Shown: positions 46,888 through 57,447 of the stretch, one piece after another
How positions within the stretch are numbered: position 1 is the stretch's first letter
Layout of the letters: every line of letters starts with the position of its first letter
Assembly (NCBI GenBank): GCA_050306135.1
Contig: JBNLGQ010000042.1
Span: forward strand, 1,233 to 65,232
Origin: Gammaproteobacteria bacterium
Lineage (GTDB): Bacteria; Pseudomonadota; Gammaproteobacteria; GCA-001735895
Direction: 5' to 3'
DNA length: 64,000 bases
Notes under the pieces: generated by a model
Told to the model about the DNA's origin: nothing
Database searches by the model: none
Seen by the model: the letters and a program-made list of their open reading frames with translations, nothing else
Position numbers and translations under genes: made by a program

Positions 46888-47766
46888 ATGATAAAACTAC
46901 ATACCTCCCCCATCCAGAATATCACCTTCCAGAATCAATCTTTTTTAATCAAAAGAGATGACCTACTGGATACTGATTTTTCAGGGAATAAGGCTAGAAA
47001 ATTTCATTACTTTCTGGTCAATGAGTTTCCTAATATAGATACAGTGATCAGCTATGGCTCAAATCAGTCTAATGCCATGTACTCTTTATCGGTGCTTTGT
47101 AAATTTAAAAAGTGGAACTTTATATACTATGTGGACCATATACCAGGTTTTTTAACAGCAAATCCTGACGGCAATTATAAATATGCATTAGAAAATGGCA
47201 TGCGTCTCAGGATATTTGCAAACGATCAAACCATAGCTGATATTGAATATGACTCCTCAACTACTTTATTGATAAACGAAGGCGGCGCCAATATTGAATC
47301 TCAGTATGGTATAGAGATTCTTGCCAATGAAATACGGCAGTATAAAGATGAAAACAATATACGAGATTTAAAGATATTCCTGCCCAGCGGTACCGGTACC
47401 ACAGCCCTTTTTTTACAAAAGTATATTCGTGATGAAGTGTTGACCACTCCCTGTGTTGGCGATGTGGCATATCTAAAAAAACAATTTTTAGATTTAGAAA
47501 GAGATGAATCAATTCATCCAACCATTATCCCTGCTGATAAAAAATATCACTTTGGCAAGCTGTATAAAGAGAATTATCAACTCTGGAAAGCCCTAAAAGA
47601 GACAACCAATATTGAGTTTGATTTACTGTATGACCCGGTTGGCATGAAGGTATTTCTGGAACTTGAAAAAGAGGATAACTTTCAATATCTGTATATCCAT
47701 CAGGGAGGCTTAATAGGTAATGAAACCATGATAAAAAGGTATCAATTCAAGTTTAAAGATATTTAG
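46888..47766 (+). CDS. PLP-dependent ACC deaminase/D-cysteine desulfhydrase family protein
   Basis: IKRDDL...SGNKARKF PLP-lysine region, YGSNQSN, and C-terminal IHQGG. The gene is conspicuously AT-rich compared with its neighbours. Confidence 0.65.
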   Translation: MIKLHTSPIQNITFQNQSFLIKRDDLLDTDFSGNKARKFHYFLVNEFPNIDTVISYGSNQSNAMYSLSVLCKFKKWNFIYYVDHIPGFLTANPDGNYKYALENGMRLRIFANDQTIADIEYDSSTTLLINEGGANIESQYGIEILANEIRQYKDENNIRDLKIFLPSGTGTTALFLQKYIRDEVLTTPCVGDVAYLKKQFLDLERDESIHPTIIPADKKYHFGKLYKENYQLWKALKETTNIEFDLLYDPVGMKVFLELEKEDNFQYLYIHQGGLIGNETMIKRYQFKFKDI

Positions 47767-47936
47767 AAGCTGACACATGAAAGGCTTCTCAATATTCGGA
47801 GTTCAGATCAACTTACCGACACCATTCATTCTTCCTTTTGTCGGAGCTACAGAATGATCAGGTTACCGGCTATACACAACAGCTTTCTTCTACAGTGATT
47901 TACGTGCCCCGTGACCTACTCGCGGAAAGGGAGGCT

Positions 47937-48353
47937 TTACAAAACCTTTTCCAGTGCCTGCTTGATAGGGGCTGGTATTTCTGCAGATTTGCGTGTTTGC
48001 GGGTCAAAGAAGACTTCCGTAGTTTCATAGCTTGCATGCACCTCCCTGCTGTCGACGTGCAACATGCGCTGTTTGAAAGTGCAACTTTTACGCCCAATTC
48101 TATCCAGTAAACTTTCTACGATTATTAAGTCTCCTGCGACCAGTTCCTTCAGGTACTGTATATTCGCCGAAGCTGTTACGGTATGAACAGCAAACTCATC
48201 CTGCATTTTCTGGTGACTGCCCCAGTAAAGAGGCCAGATGTGAAACGCGGCATCATCAAAAAAATGACTGTACCAGCGAACATTCATATGACCGAAGCTA
48301 TCGCAAAACCAGGGGTGTACTACTCCGCGTAGAGTTTCTATGGGTTCAGACAT
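47937..48353 (-). CDS. Hotdog-fold thioesterase family protein
   Basis: 138-aa 4HBT-like protein (VVHPWFCDSFGHMNVRWYSHFFDDAA). Confidence 0.6.
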   Translation of the reverse strand: MSEPIETLRGVVHPWFCDSFGHMNVRWYSHFFDDAAFHIWPLYWGSHQKMQDEFAVHTVTASANIQYLKELVAGDLIIVESLLDRIGRKSCTFKQRMLHVDSREVHASYETTEVFFDPQTRKSAEIPAPIKQALEKVL

Positions 48354-48373
48354 AATTCATCTCAAATGGTTAA

Positions 48374-49291
48374 TTATTCTGCAGTGGTCAGATACTCACC
48401 ACATTGATTAGATATTTCCTGAACACAATCGATCAACGTTCTATTTGAAGTATCCAGTTCATAGTCAGCCTGGCTATACTCAGCTTCTCGTTCCTGCAGA
48501 ATCAATTTTAAATCTTCCATGGCTTCTTCGTTATTAGCCATTGGCCTCAGATCACCCTGAGCCAACACACGATTCATATGCTCCTCCGGTGATGCTTTTA
48601 TCCAAACTGTATAGTAGGAATCAAGCAGAAGCTTAAAAGTGTCAGACATTGCGACTATGCTTCCTCCTGTTTCAAGCACGATATTTTTCTGATTCCTGAT
48701 CACTTCTTCCAGTGCCTGCTTTTCCATCCGTCGATAGGCTTTTTGACCACCTAAGGAGAACAGTTCTCCAGTTGTCATTTGGGCATACTTCTCGATTAAA
48801 TCACTAATCTGAACAAACCTGACGCCATACTTATCAGCAAGCATACGTCCCAGGCTGGATTTACCCGCCCCACGCAGGCCGATTAAAGCCACACCATTGA
48901 TTTGTTGTGTTGACTTACTAAACCGACGTTTAAGTAATGATAGCGCTGTATCCTGTTGTTCATGATCGAGACGCATCAGGTAAGTCATTAATGCTGCATT
49001 TCCCTTGCGGAAATCACAGTCCGGGAATAACTCTGGAATCTTGACCCCCATGCTATTGGCTATTTTCCAAAGCATGTGTACCGATATATTCGCCTTACCG
49101 GTTTCCACCTGTGCAATATAACGTTCAGAGACACCTGACTGGCGTGACAGGTCTTTACGGATCATACCTCGACTGGTGCGTATCGCTCGAATGCGATTAC
49201 CTATGTCTATGATGTACTCCTGAAACAGCGCATCATCCTGATCATTATCGCCCTGCTCCAGGGCTATTGTTTCTTGTTTACTTCCACTCAT
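48374..49291 (-). CDS. boxR: BoxR/BzdR-type regulator: N-terminal XRE-family HTH fused to shikimate-kinase-like P-loop domain
   Basis: HTH (IRKDLSRQSGVSERYIAQVETGKANISVHMLWKIA) plus a shikimate kinase-like GLRGAGKSSLGRMLA domain. Adjacent to the boxABC genes. Confidence 0.75.
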   Translation of the reverse strand: MSGSKQETIALEQGDNDQDDALFQEYIIDIGNRIRAIRTSRGMIRKDLSRQSGVSERYIAQVETGKANISVHMLWKIANSMGVKIPELFPDCDFRKGNAALMTYLMRLDHEQQDTALSLLKRRFSKSTQQINGVALIGLRGAGKSSLGRMLADKYGVRFVQISDLIEKYAQMTTGELFSLGGQKAYRRMEKQALEEVIRNQKNIVLETGGSIVAMSDTFKLLLDSYYTVWIKASPEEHMNRVLAQGDLRPMANNEEAMEDLKLILQEREAEYSQADYELDTSNRTLIDCVQEISNQCGEYLTTAE

Positions 49292-49382
49292 ATGTATTAA
49301 TCTCGTGATTACGAATTCCGTCAGCGACCGGACTGGTATGAATTATAATACATATTCGTTGAAGTATGCTATTTCTCCCTGA

Positions 49383-49961
49383 TCAGCTTCCCAGACCATG
49401 AGGAGCCGGTGCTAGATTAACAATCCGAGTGGCCAGATCACTGAATTCCTCCTTTTGCTTTCGCCCAAATACAGGGTCGTCATGTGCGGTAAAGATGGCA
49501 TCCAGCTCCGTCCAGTCGCTTTCGGTTAATGACTTTTCGGCCAAAGGCAGAACTTCACGTTCTTCTGTCCCCATGTGATGCCATTCAAAATCACGGTACA
49601 CCATCGCTATGTTATAGAAGGACTCAAAAGAAGCTTCATCCTGCCTGGCTTTATAATTGTCCAGATTAGTGCGCAGCTTAACCAGTATATCCTTACCTTC
49701 TACATGCTCACTTTCCAGTCGCTGTATCACTTCAGCACAGTCACTGGCACGCTGTAACAAACGGGGGAATAGATACTCATCTTCCTTTGGATGGTGAAAT
49801 CGATATAGAAACTGTTCAAAGTAAACGACTACCTGTTCAAACATTTCAAGTTCAGGAGCGTGATCACGATCCTTTATTTCCTGCAAAACACCTACAAAAC
49901 AGTTTATAACCGCTGCCAGACGGCGATGCTCTGCACGAATAATTTTTAACGTTTCTGACAT
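49383..49961 (-). CDS. Hemerythrin-like (HHE cation-binding) domain protein
   Basis: Repeated H...E/HH...E ligand pattern (RAEHRRL, FHHPKEDEYLFP, ESEHVEG, WHHMGTEEREVLP). Confidence 0.65.
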   Translation of the reverse strand: MSETLKIIRAEHRRLAAVINCFVGVLQEIKDRDHAPELEMFEQVVVYFEQFLYRFHHPKEDEYLFPRLLQRASDCAEVIQRLESEHVEGKDILVKLRTNLDNYKARQDEASFESFYNIAMVYRDFEWHHMGTEEREVLPLAEKSLTESDWTELDAIFTAHDDPVFGRKQKEEFSDLATRIVNLAPAPHGLGS

Positions 49962-50012
49962 GTAATACCCCTGTTTATTTTTCTCATGAACATCCAGGAC
50001 CTGTTAACAGCC

Positions 50013-51236
50013 CTAATAGGTTTCTATATGTAACCGGCCCTGTTGACGCATTTCCCGGCTTTTCTCGTTCCAGTCTATACCATGACTTCTACAAATGGCA
50101 TGCATGGATTCATTGACTCCGACCTCCATCTGCTTCAAACCACAGACAAAGATATAGGTATTTTCATCTGCCAGGTAGTTTGCAATATCATCAGCACGTT
50201 TCATCATACGATCCTGAACATATTCTTTCGGCTGACCTTCTTCCCTGGAGAATACCAGCTCTTTATCAATCAAATTGTCCGGTAGTTTCTTTAACGGGCC
50301 AAAGTAAGGAAGCTCTCCTTTAGTTCGGGCACCAAAGAACAATAGCATTTTCCCACTATCCCCGGCATTGCGTTTACGACGGCGACGTTCGGTCATTGCT
50401 CGAAACGGTGCAGAACCGGTACCTGTACAGATCATAATAATATTCGCCTCAGGATGGTTCGGCATCAGGAAGGTATTACCAAATGGTCCTGTCACCTTAA
50501 CCTCTGCACCTTTTTCAAGATCGCAAAAATAGTTGGAACAAACACCTGAGAATTTACCATCTTCAGTATCAACAACAACGCGTTTAACAGTTACTGATAG
50601 ATTATTGTGATTTGGACGCTCACCATCTCTAGGGCTGGCAACTGAATACAGCCGTACCAGATGTTCTTTGCCATTCTCATCAACTCCGGATGGAATAATA
50701 CCGATACTCTGACCTTCCAGCACTGGAAATGTTGTACTACCAAAATCAAGCACAATGTGATGAATATCCGACTCTGAATCAACATCAGTAATACGATAAT
50801 TTCCTGCAATTTTTGCTATCGCAGGACGTTCACGAGTATAAATATTGATAAACGGATGTGCTGCAGAAAAAGGTGGCAGGACTTTACCTTCTGTACTATG
50901 TGCAATTTCAAGAATCTGACTGGCTTCTGATTCAATAGCATCCAGAGATTCTGAAGCGGTTGCTTCAATTTCAGAATCATCGACCTCTAATTGCTCTGGC
51001 AACTCTTCCCAGCTGTACTGGTCTTCCAAAGTATAGGGAGTGATCACATTGCGCCAGTTATCGATGGCACCGGTTGGACAGGGTGTGACACAGTTCAAGC
51101 AAAACTCGCACCTATCAACCATGACCACATAGTTTTCATTATTATGCGTAATAGCATCTATAGGACATGTTTCTTCACAGGTATTACAGCGAATACAGAT
51201 TTCTGGATCGATCAGATGCTGTCTTATAGCTGGCAT
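50013..51236 (-). CDS. boxA: Benzoyl-CoA 2,3-epoxidase reductase component BoxA (two [4Fe-4S] plus FNR-like domain)
   Basis: [12 protein letters not shown] and [12 protein letters not shown] cluster motifs followed by an FNR-like FAD/NADPH domain. 407 aa. Confidence 0.85.
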   Translation of the reverse strand: MPAIRQHLIDPEICIRCNTCEETCPIDAITHNNENYVVMVDRCEFCLNCVTPCPTGAIDNWRNVITPYTLEDQYSWEELPEQLEVDDSEIEATASESLDAIESEASQILEIAHSTEGKVLPPFSAAHPFINIYTRERPAIAKIAGNYRITDVDSESDIHHIVLDFGSTTFPVLEGQSIGIIPSGVDENGKEHLVRLYSVASPRDGERPNHNNLSVTVKRVVVDTEDGKFSGVCSNYFCDLEKGAEVKVTGPFGNTFLMPNHPEANIIMICTGTGSAPFRAMTERRRRKRNAGDSGKMLLFFGARTKGELPYFGPLKKLPDNLIDKELVFSREEGQPKEYVQDRMMKRADDIANYLADENTYIFVCGLKQMEVGVNESMHAICRSHGIDWNEKSREMRQQGRLHIETY

Positions 51237-51298
51237 TTGAGAACTCCCACTTTCTTTTTTAAAAGGTCAGAGATTAACTCTCTGACCCCGTTATTACC

Positions 51299-52768
51299 TT
51301 AATCGTGAATCTTAACGTACTCATAGTCACCAGGCATTTGGTTAATACCCATTTTTGGAGGCGCTATCCAGGAAGCATACTTACCTGCTTCGGTAACCGG
51401 CTTCATCAAAGAAGAGATAAAGGCGAGATCACCGGCAGATGCCAGGAACTCATCCATTCTGCTTTCCCATTGTGCTTCGTCCACAACTTCACCATCAGGA
51501 GTTACTGATAAGCCACTAAATTCACCGATCTTGCGATTGAATGCCTTATGCGGCAGGGTCAGCTCGAAATCAATACCAGCTTTCTTAATGCTCTTATTCC
51601 AGCGCCCTACTCCACCTTGAGCATCATTGTAGTAATCATCACGCAGACGACAGTTAATGGCATTTAATGCAGGTTCTTCAACATCCTTAAATTCACCATT
51701 TACCAGTTTCAGAACGGGATATACATCGTTATGAAGCTGATGGTCATCATCAATCCTGGTTTCCTGGAAACGCCCCTTTAGACCTGCTTCAAAAGCTGCT
51801 GCACCATTGGTTGAAATTTCGGCACCAAAAAGATCCAGCGTCACAGAAACATGAAAGTTTACTTTTTTCTGTATAGTCGGTAAATCAATCACACCCAGCT
51901 TACGCACCGCTTCAATATCATTCGGATCAGTGATGCCAGCATCGTTCATTGCTTTACAGGTAGCTTCAATCACTCGACCTACACCTGTTTCACCGACAAA
52001 CATATGATGCGCTTCTTCGGTCAACATAAAACGACAGCTGCGAGATAAGGGGTCAAACCCACTTTGAGCCAGTGCCTCCAGCTGCATCTTGCCATCACGA
52101 TCAGTGAAGTAGGTAAACATAAAGAAAGACAGCCAGTCAGGCGTTTCTTCATTAAACGCACCCAGAATACGCGGCTTGTCTTCATCGCCAGAACGACGTT
52201 GTAACAACATTTCTGCTTCTTCACGACCATCGCTGCCGAAATACTTCTGTAGCAGATAAACCATGGCCCATAAGTGACGTCCTTCTTCAACATTTACCTG
52301 GAAAAGGTTACGCATATCATATAGAGAAGGTGCGGTTTTCCCCAGATAGCGTTGTTGCTCAACCGATGCAGGTTCGGTATCACCCTGAACAACAATCAAA
52401 CGACGCAGTAGTGAACGATATTCACCAGGAACTTCCTGCCATACAGGCTCACCCTTGTGCTTGCCACAGGGAATGGTACGACCTTCTACCTGTGGAGCCA
52501 GTAACACACCCCAGCGATATTCAGGCATTTTGACATGGTCAAAAACAGCCCAGCCTTTTGGATCAACACCTACCGCAGTACGTAGATATACTTCAGATTC
52601 ATGAAAGCCATCGGGGCCTGCATCTTTCCACCAGTCAATATATCCGGGGTGCCAGGATTCGAGTGCTTTTTTCAGACGACGGTCATTGGCCAGATCAACA
52701 TTATTGGGAATCAGATCGTCATAGCTGATTTCGACTACTGCATTCTTTGCCACATCTTCTTCAATCAT
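51299..52768 (-). CDS. boxB: Benzoyl-CoA 2,3-epoxidase oxygenase component BoxB (diiron)
   Basis: The N-terminus (ISYDDLIPNNVDLANDRRLKKALESWHPGYIDWWKDAGP) matches BoxB as I remember it. About 489 aa with E/H diiron ligands. Confidence 0.85.
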   Translation of the reverse strand: MIEEDVAKNAVVEISYDDLIPNNVDLANDRRLKKALESWHPGYIDWWKDAGPDGFHESEVYLRTAVGVDPKGWAVFDHVKMPEYRWGVLLAPQVEGRTIPCGKHKGEPVWQEVPGEYRSLLRRLIVVQGDTEPASVEQQRYLGKTAPSLYDMRNLFQVNVEEGRHLWAMVYLLQKYFGSDGREEAEMLLQRRSGDEDKPRILGAFNEETPDWLSFFMFTYFTDRDGKMQLEALAQSGFDPLSRSCRFMLTEEAHHMFVGETGVGRVIEATCKAMNDAGITDPNDIEAVRKLGVIDLPTIQKKVNFHVSVTLDLFGAEISTNGAAAFEAGLKGRFQETRIDDDHQLHNDVYPVLKLVNGEFKDVEEPALNAINCRLRDDYYNDAQGGVGRWNKSIKKAGIDFELTLPHKAFNRKIGEFSGLSVTPDGEVVDEAQWESRMDEFLASAGDLAFISSLMKPVTEAGKYASWIAPPKMGINQMPGDYEYVKIHD

Positions 52769-52770
52769 TG

Positions 52771-54420
52771 TTATACCCTCTCGTAGTTATATTGCGGACG
52801 TGTGCCTGTACCATAGAGCTTTAATGCTCCACCTTCAGCGACGGCATTTGGTCTTTGGAATATCCAGTTTTGCCAGGCTGTTAAACGCCCGAAGATTTTT
52901 GTTTCCATGGTTTCGGGTCCTGCGAAGCGTAGATTTGCTTCCATACCCGTCAGCGCATCAGGAGAAAATGAAGTTCGTTCTTCAAGCATCAATCGAATTT
53001 CTTCATCCCAGTCGATATCGTCATAGGCATAAGTCACCAGCCCCATATCCAGTGCAGTTTTGGCATCGATATCCTGCCCTATTGCTTTTTCTGCTTTACT
53101 TACGCTTTCCGGCTCACCATAAAAACGTGTTTCCAGTCGAGTAATGTCATTACTCATTTTCATGGGGCCAAAGTTATAACTGGACAGACGAATAATAGCT
53201 GCGGGTCGCTCATCACCTTCATACTGACCTTCCAGCATGTAACTGCGATCAGCAGCAAAAACCAGTTCAGCCAGAATGCCGCAGTAGCAACTGCCTGGAC
53301 CAACCAGAGTAATCAAACTGCGCGCAGTTAGATCAACGCGTTTTAATGTGCGTTTCCAGTACAGTGTGATTTCTCGAACCAGCCAGTTATCACTATTAGC
53401 TAGCATGAGCTTTTCATACCCGCTAATACGATCAATATCACCTTCCGTTTTAAATATTACCGTCCCCAGTTCGGCTTCGTTGGTACGCAGGTGCAATAGT
53501 GCATCGTCAAACTCTCGTGCAAGTTTTAGCAGCCAGAAATCAGAACCCTGCTGCTCGATTTCTTCAACACTTGCTGGGGCATCATCTTTTGGTCCCCTGA
53601 GTGTTACAGTAGCGATGCGTTTGGTTTTATCCAGTTCAATCTGAAGGCATTCATAGTTGACGAAATCTTCACCAAACTCTCGCTTTAAGGGCTTTAAATC
53701 GACTCCTTTTGCATTTTTTGGACGATCAGTTTGTGCAGCAAATTCATTCGCTCTTTCAGCCACCGTTGCATCAAACTTTGAACCCTGTACTGATTCATCA
53801 ACCAGACGCCAGTCAACGGCTTTCTGTCCGCGCGCGCCTTCTTCAATCGAGCTAAAAATATCAGCAAGGTCGCGTCGTACTTTTCGTTTATCGACGAGTC
53901 TGGTTAATCCCCCAGTACCTGGTAACACCGCTAATAGTGCGACCTCTGGTAATGAGACTGACGCGCTACCATCGTCGATGAGCATAATATGGTCAGTTGC
54001 CAGCGCCAGTTCATAGCCTCCACCCGCTGCGGTACCATTTACTGCAGAAATATATCTTTGCTGAGAATTTTCACTGGCATCCTCAATAGAGTTTCGTGTT
54101 TCGTTGGTGAATTTACAGAAATTAACCTTGTGTGCATGAGAAGACATCCCCAGCATACGAATGTTTGCACCTGCACAGAATATGCGCGGCTTGGCTGAGC
54201 GTATCACTACACAGCCTGTTTCCGGGTGCGAAAAGCGTAAACGTTGAATGGCATCGTATAACTCAATATCCACACCCAGATCATATGAATTCATTTTCAA
54301 TTCATAACCAGGCTTGAGACCGTGATTTTCGTCAACGTCCATAGTCAGATATGCAACATTACCTTCGAATGTAACTTTCCAGTGGTGATACTTTTCAGGA
54401 CTGGTTTGAAAATCTATCAT
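52771..54420 (-). CDS. boxC: 2,3-epoxybenzoyl-CoA dihydrolase BoxC (crotonase superfamily, two-domain)
   Basis: Crotonase fold (SAKPRIFCAGANI) in a roughly 550-aa protein, 2 nt from boxB. The likely start is the ATG at 54420 (MIDFQTSPEKYHHWK) with a GAGG RBS. The track ORF extends to 54474. Confidence 0.8.
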   Translation of the reverse strand: MIDFQTSPEKYHHWKVTFEGNVAYLTMDVDENHGLKPGYELKMNSYDLGVDIELYDAIQRLRFSHPETGCVVIRSAKPRIFCAGANIRMLGMSSHAHKVNFCKFTNETRNSIEDASENSQQRYISAVNGTAAGGGYELALATDHIMLIDDGSASVSLPEVALLAVLPGTGGLTRLVDKRKVRRDLADIFSSIEEGARGQKAVDWRLVDESVQGSKFDATVAERANEFAAQTDRPKNAKGVDLKPLKREFGEDFVNYECLQIELDKTKRIATVTLRGPKDDAPASVEEIEQQGSDFWLLKLAREFDDALLHLRTNEAELGTVIFKTEGDIDRISGYEKLMLANSDNWLVREITLYWKRTLKRVDLTARSLITLVGPGSCYCGILAELVFAADRSYMLEGQYEGDERPAAIIRLSSYNFGPMKMSNDITRLETRFYGEPESVSKAEKAIGQDIDAKTALDMGLVTYAYDDIDWDEEIRLMLEERTSFSPDALTGMEANLRFAGPETMETKIFGRLTAWQNWIFQRPNAVAEGGALKLYGTGTRPQYNYERV

Positions 54421-54469
54421 TCCGATCGCCTCTTCAATATGGTTTCTTATAATGTGAGGTGAATTATAA

Positions 54470-54545
54470 TGCATTATAGTTCATATGCAAGATATTTTAA
54501 GTATTTAGTTGCATTATTGTGCATTTTGGTGTGTATTAAAATGCA
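54470..54545. promoter_or_regulatory. TGCA-rich operator-like region upstream of boxC, with TGCA-N6-TGCA at 54510-54523 (TGCATTATTGTGCA)
   Basis: Five TGCA tetramers in 76 bp, read directly. This is the motif class bound by BzdR/BoxR repressors. Confidence 0.45.
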
Positions 54546-54798
54546 GCAAACGCTCAAAAAGCTTTTAAACACGCTCAATAACCATCGCAAGACCCTACCT
54601 CACGCTAATACACATTGTGCACAGTGCGTATTGACCACTATTACGCAGCAATTGAGCTGCGTGCTATCCTTTTTCAGCCGCATCCTGCTGAGCATCGAAC
54701 AGAAAACCTGATTACCAGCTGCAACCTGAGCAACGGTACCAGAGTTACCTCTGAAAAATCAGAGCTTGCGAAAATTAACAAATAACAGATGCTCTGAT

Positions 54799-56400
54799 TT
54801 ACGATCCACTCTTTTCAAGCTCTCTTAACTTGAAGCGCTGTATCTTTCCTGTGGCTGTTTTGGGTAATTCATCAACAAATTTGAACCAGCGAGGATATTT
54901 ATAGGGTGCCAGAGTATCTTTTACATGCTGTTTGAGAGCAGCACTCATTTCATCGCTTGCTTCATAGCCCTCTTTAAGCACTACATAGGCGGCAGGCTTG
55001 ATTAAATGATCCGGATCTTCTTTTGCAATGACAGCGACTTCCAGTACCGCTTCATGCGACATCAGTGTGGACTCAACTTCTATAGGTGAAACATAGATAC
55101 CACTCACCTTAAGCATATCGTCATTACGACCTGCATAAACGTAGTAACCATCATCATCCAGATAGTATTTATCACCACTTCGGGTCCATTCACCCAAAAA
55201 TGTAGAACGTGTTTTCTGGCGATTATTCCAGTAACCATTTGCAGCACTTGGTCCACGTACCTGTAACTCACCAGACTCATTAGGCTTATCAATAATATCG
55301 CCCTGATCGTCGATAATCTTCAGATCATAACCGGGAACAGCCTTGCCTGTAGTGCCATAACGTATATCACCAGGACGATTGGAGAGGTAAATATGCAGCA
55401 TTTCGGTGGAGCCAATACCATCAAAAATATCCACACCAAAATGCTCATACCAGCGTTTACTCAGTTCTTCTGGAAGCGCCTCACCTGCTGATGTGCACAG
55501 ACGAATACTCACCTCATCTCTAGCCGGCAATGACTTACTGGCAAGCATGCCTCCATACAGCGTGGGTACGCCATAAAAAATACTCGGCTGATGATCGATT
55601 AAACGCTTACTTACCGATTCAGGTGTTGGACGTTCTGCCATCAGTATGGTGGTTGCTCCCACAGACATAGGGAAACTTAATCCGTTACCCAGGCCATAGG
55701 CAAAAAACAGTTTGGCTGCGGAAAAAACAACATCATTTTCATTGATGTTCAGAATGGGTTTTGCATATAACTCAGCAGTATTGATTAAACTGGAATGAAT
55801 GTGGACAGTTCCTTTCGGAGAGCCGGTTGAGCCTGATGAATACAGCCAGAAACAGGCATCATCAGAGACCGTTTCCACTATTTCAAACTGTTCTGATTGC
55901 CCCTGCATAATGCAAGCTAGAGAATCTTTCTCAGTCTCTGGTTTTCCTGAAACAATGATCTGCTCCAGGGTTGAGACTCGATCAAGCAAAGGGGCGAAGG
56001 TGGCGAGTAAAGGCTCAGAAATAATAGCGATTCGTGCACGGCTATCGTTGAGCATATATTCGTAATCTTTTTCTGATAACAGCGTATTTGCCGCTATAGG
56101 AATAATGCCCGCTTTTATAGTACCAAGGAATACGGTAGGGAAATCGATATTATCGTGCATACACATCATCACACGCTGTTCACGTTGCAGGCCGATTGAT
56201 GTGAGTGCGTTTGCAAGCTGAGAGCTGCGCTTGTCCAGGTCCGCATAGCTGTATTGGCCCTGGTCATCGATAAATGCGATTTTATCACCACGATTCGCCT
56301 GCAGATTTCTTTGTAGCAAGTCATAGGCAGCATTATATTGACGTGGAATTTCAACCTCAGGAGGCGATACATTGTGATTGGCTGAACTTAATTGTGGCAT
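54799..56400 (-). CDS. bclA: Benzoate-CoA ligase (AMP-forming)
   Basis: AMP-binding signature LYSSGSTGSPKG, 533 aa. Immediately upstream of boxCBA in the same orientation. Confidence 0.8.
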   Translation of the reverse strand: MPQLSSANHNVSPPEVEIPRQYNAAYDLLQRNLQANRGDKIAFIDDQGQYSYADLDKRSSQLANALTSIGLQREQRVMMCMHDNIDFPTVFLGTIKAGIIPIAANTLLSEKDYEYMLNDSRARIAIISEPLLATFAPLLDRVSTLEQIIVSGKPETEKDSLACIMQGQSEQFEIVETVSDDACFWLYSSGSTGSPKGTVHIHSSLINTAELYAKPILNINENDVVFSAAKLFFAYGLGNGLSFPMSVGATTILMAERPTPESVSKRLIDHQPSIFYGVPTLYGGMLASKSLPARDEVSIRLCTSAGEALPEELSKRWYEHFGVDIFDGIGSTEMLHIYLSNRPGDIRYGTTGKAVPGYDLKIIDDQGDIIDKPNESGELQVRGPSAANGYWNNRQKTRSTFLGEWTRSGDKYYLDDDGYYVYAGRNDDMLKVSGIYVSPIEVESTLMSHEAVLEVAVIAKEDPDHLIKPAAYVVLKEGYEASDEMSAALKQHVKDTLAPYKYPRWFKFVDELPKTATGKIQRFKLRELEKSGS

Positions 56401-56651
56401 CGACTATTCCTCAGTTATGGTTAATCAATTACCCGGTTTTCTTATTGCTGTGTTGATTATTGCACCGGTTTAATCTTTATGAATTATTATGCAGCCCAGT
56501 AATATTGTCAATGCATTATAATACATTTAAACTTTAACTCGAACTGATCGACAAGGCACTCAGTCGCTGTATTTTTGGTTGAAAATCATCCTTTCCCCTG
56601 CGCGCCAGGTAGCGTGAACTCAGCGTCCAGATAGCGCATGGGTATATATCA

Positions 56652-57443
56652 TTATTCGCCTGTAACCAGGGTATTTATAAAATGCTCCACAGCATTGAGC
56701 ACTGCTTTGGTTTGATCTCTATGTGGTGAATGACGACATTGTGCTAACTTTAATAACTCTGTATCAGGCAGATGTTTCTGTATGCCTTCTATCTGCAGCA
56801 TACTGCCGTATTCATCATCTTCACCCTGAATCGCCAGTACCGGCACCTTTACCGAAGGCAGGAACTCTTCAATGTTCCAGTATAAAAAATCGGGATGTAG
56901 CCAGATATCATTCCAGCCTTTAAATGCTGCTTCGACGTTGTCGTGATACCTGCCTAATTTCTTTTTCAGATCTGTGTTGTACCAGGCCACTTTAGCCTGT
57001 TTAATACTTTCAACAGTGATGGGTTCAACCATAATATGAGGTGCCATAACAATTATGCCGCCAAGTTCGGTATCAGTCCCTCCTCCGCATATCAGTGATA
57101 TAGAACCACCATCACTATGACCCATTAATACAGGCCGAGTTAAACCTAACTCATCGATAAGCTGTGGCAATACCTGCAGGCCTTCATCATGCATATAACG
57201 CACAGTGCGCGGTAAATGCGCAGGCCCCGATTTGCCGTAACCAGCTCGTGAGTAGACAATAATCTCACAGGCTGTTTTCTCAGCCAGTTGTGAAGGAAAG
57301 TCGCGCCACATGGATACAGAACCCAGTCCTTCATGTAAAAGAATCAGTGCCGGTTTAGTGGCATCGTATGAATCGGGTAATACACGAACGAGTTCAAGCT
57401 CCACATCATTGATGATGTGGTTTTCTGGTTTCACGCTAACCAT
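56652..57443 (-). CDS. Alpha/beta-fold hydrolase
   Basis: GxSxG nucleophile elbow (MGHSDGGS) in a 263-aa protein. Confidence 0.65.
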   Translation of the reverse strand: MVSVKPENHIINDVELELVRVLPDSYDATKPALILLHEGLGSVSMWRDFPSQLAEKTACEIIVYSRAGYGKSGPAHLPRTVRYMHDEGLQVLPQLIDELGLTRPVLMGHSDGGSISLICGGGTDTELGGIIVMAPHIMVEPITVESIKQAKVAWYNTDLKKKLGRYHDNVEAAFKGWNDIWLHPDFLYWNIEEFLPSVKVPVLAIQGEDDEYGSMLQIEGIQKHLPDTELLKLAQCRHSPHRDQTKAVLNAVEHFINTLVTGE

Positions 57444-57447
57444 CTGT

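Noticed and set aside
47838-48110. 90-aa plus-strand ORF
   Set aside because: It overlaps almost entirely, and antisense to, the well-supported thioesterase gene (47937-48353). It has no recognisable motifs and is likely spurious.
54469-54711. 80-aa plus-strand ORF in the bclA–boxC intergenic region
   Set aside because: It has no RBS. The sequence is dominated by TGCA repeats that I interpret as the operator/promoter of boxCBA, and it would run antisense into regulatory DNA. A real small protein cannot be fully excluded.
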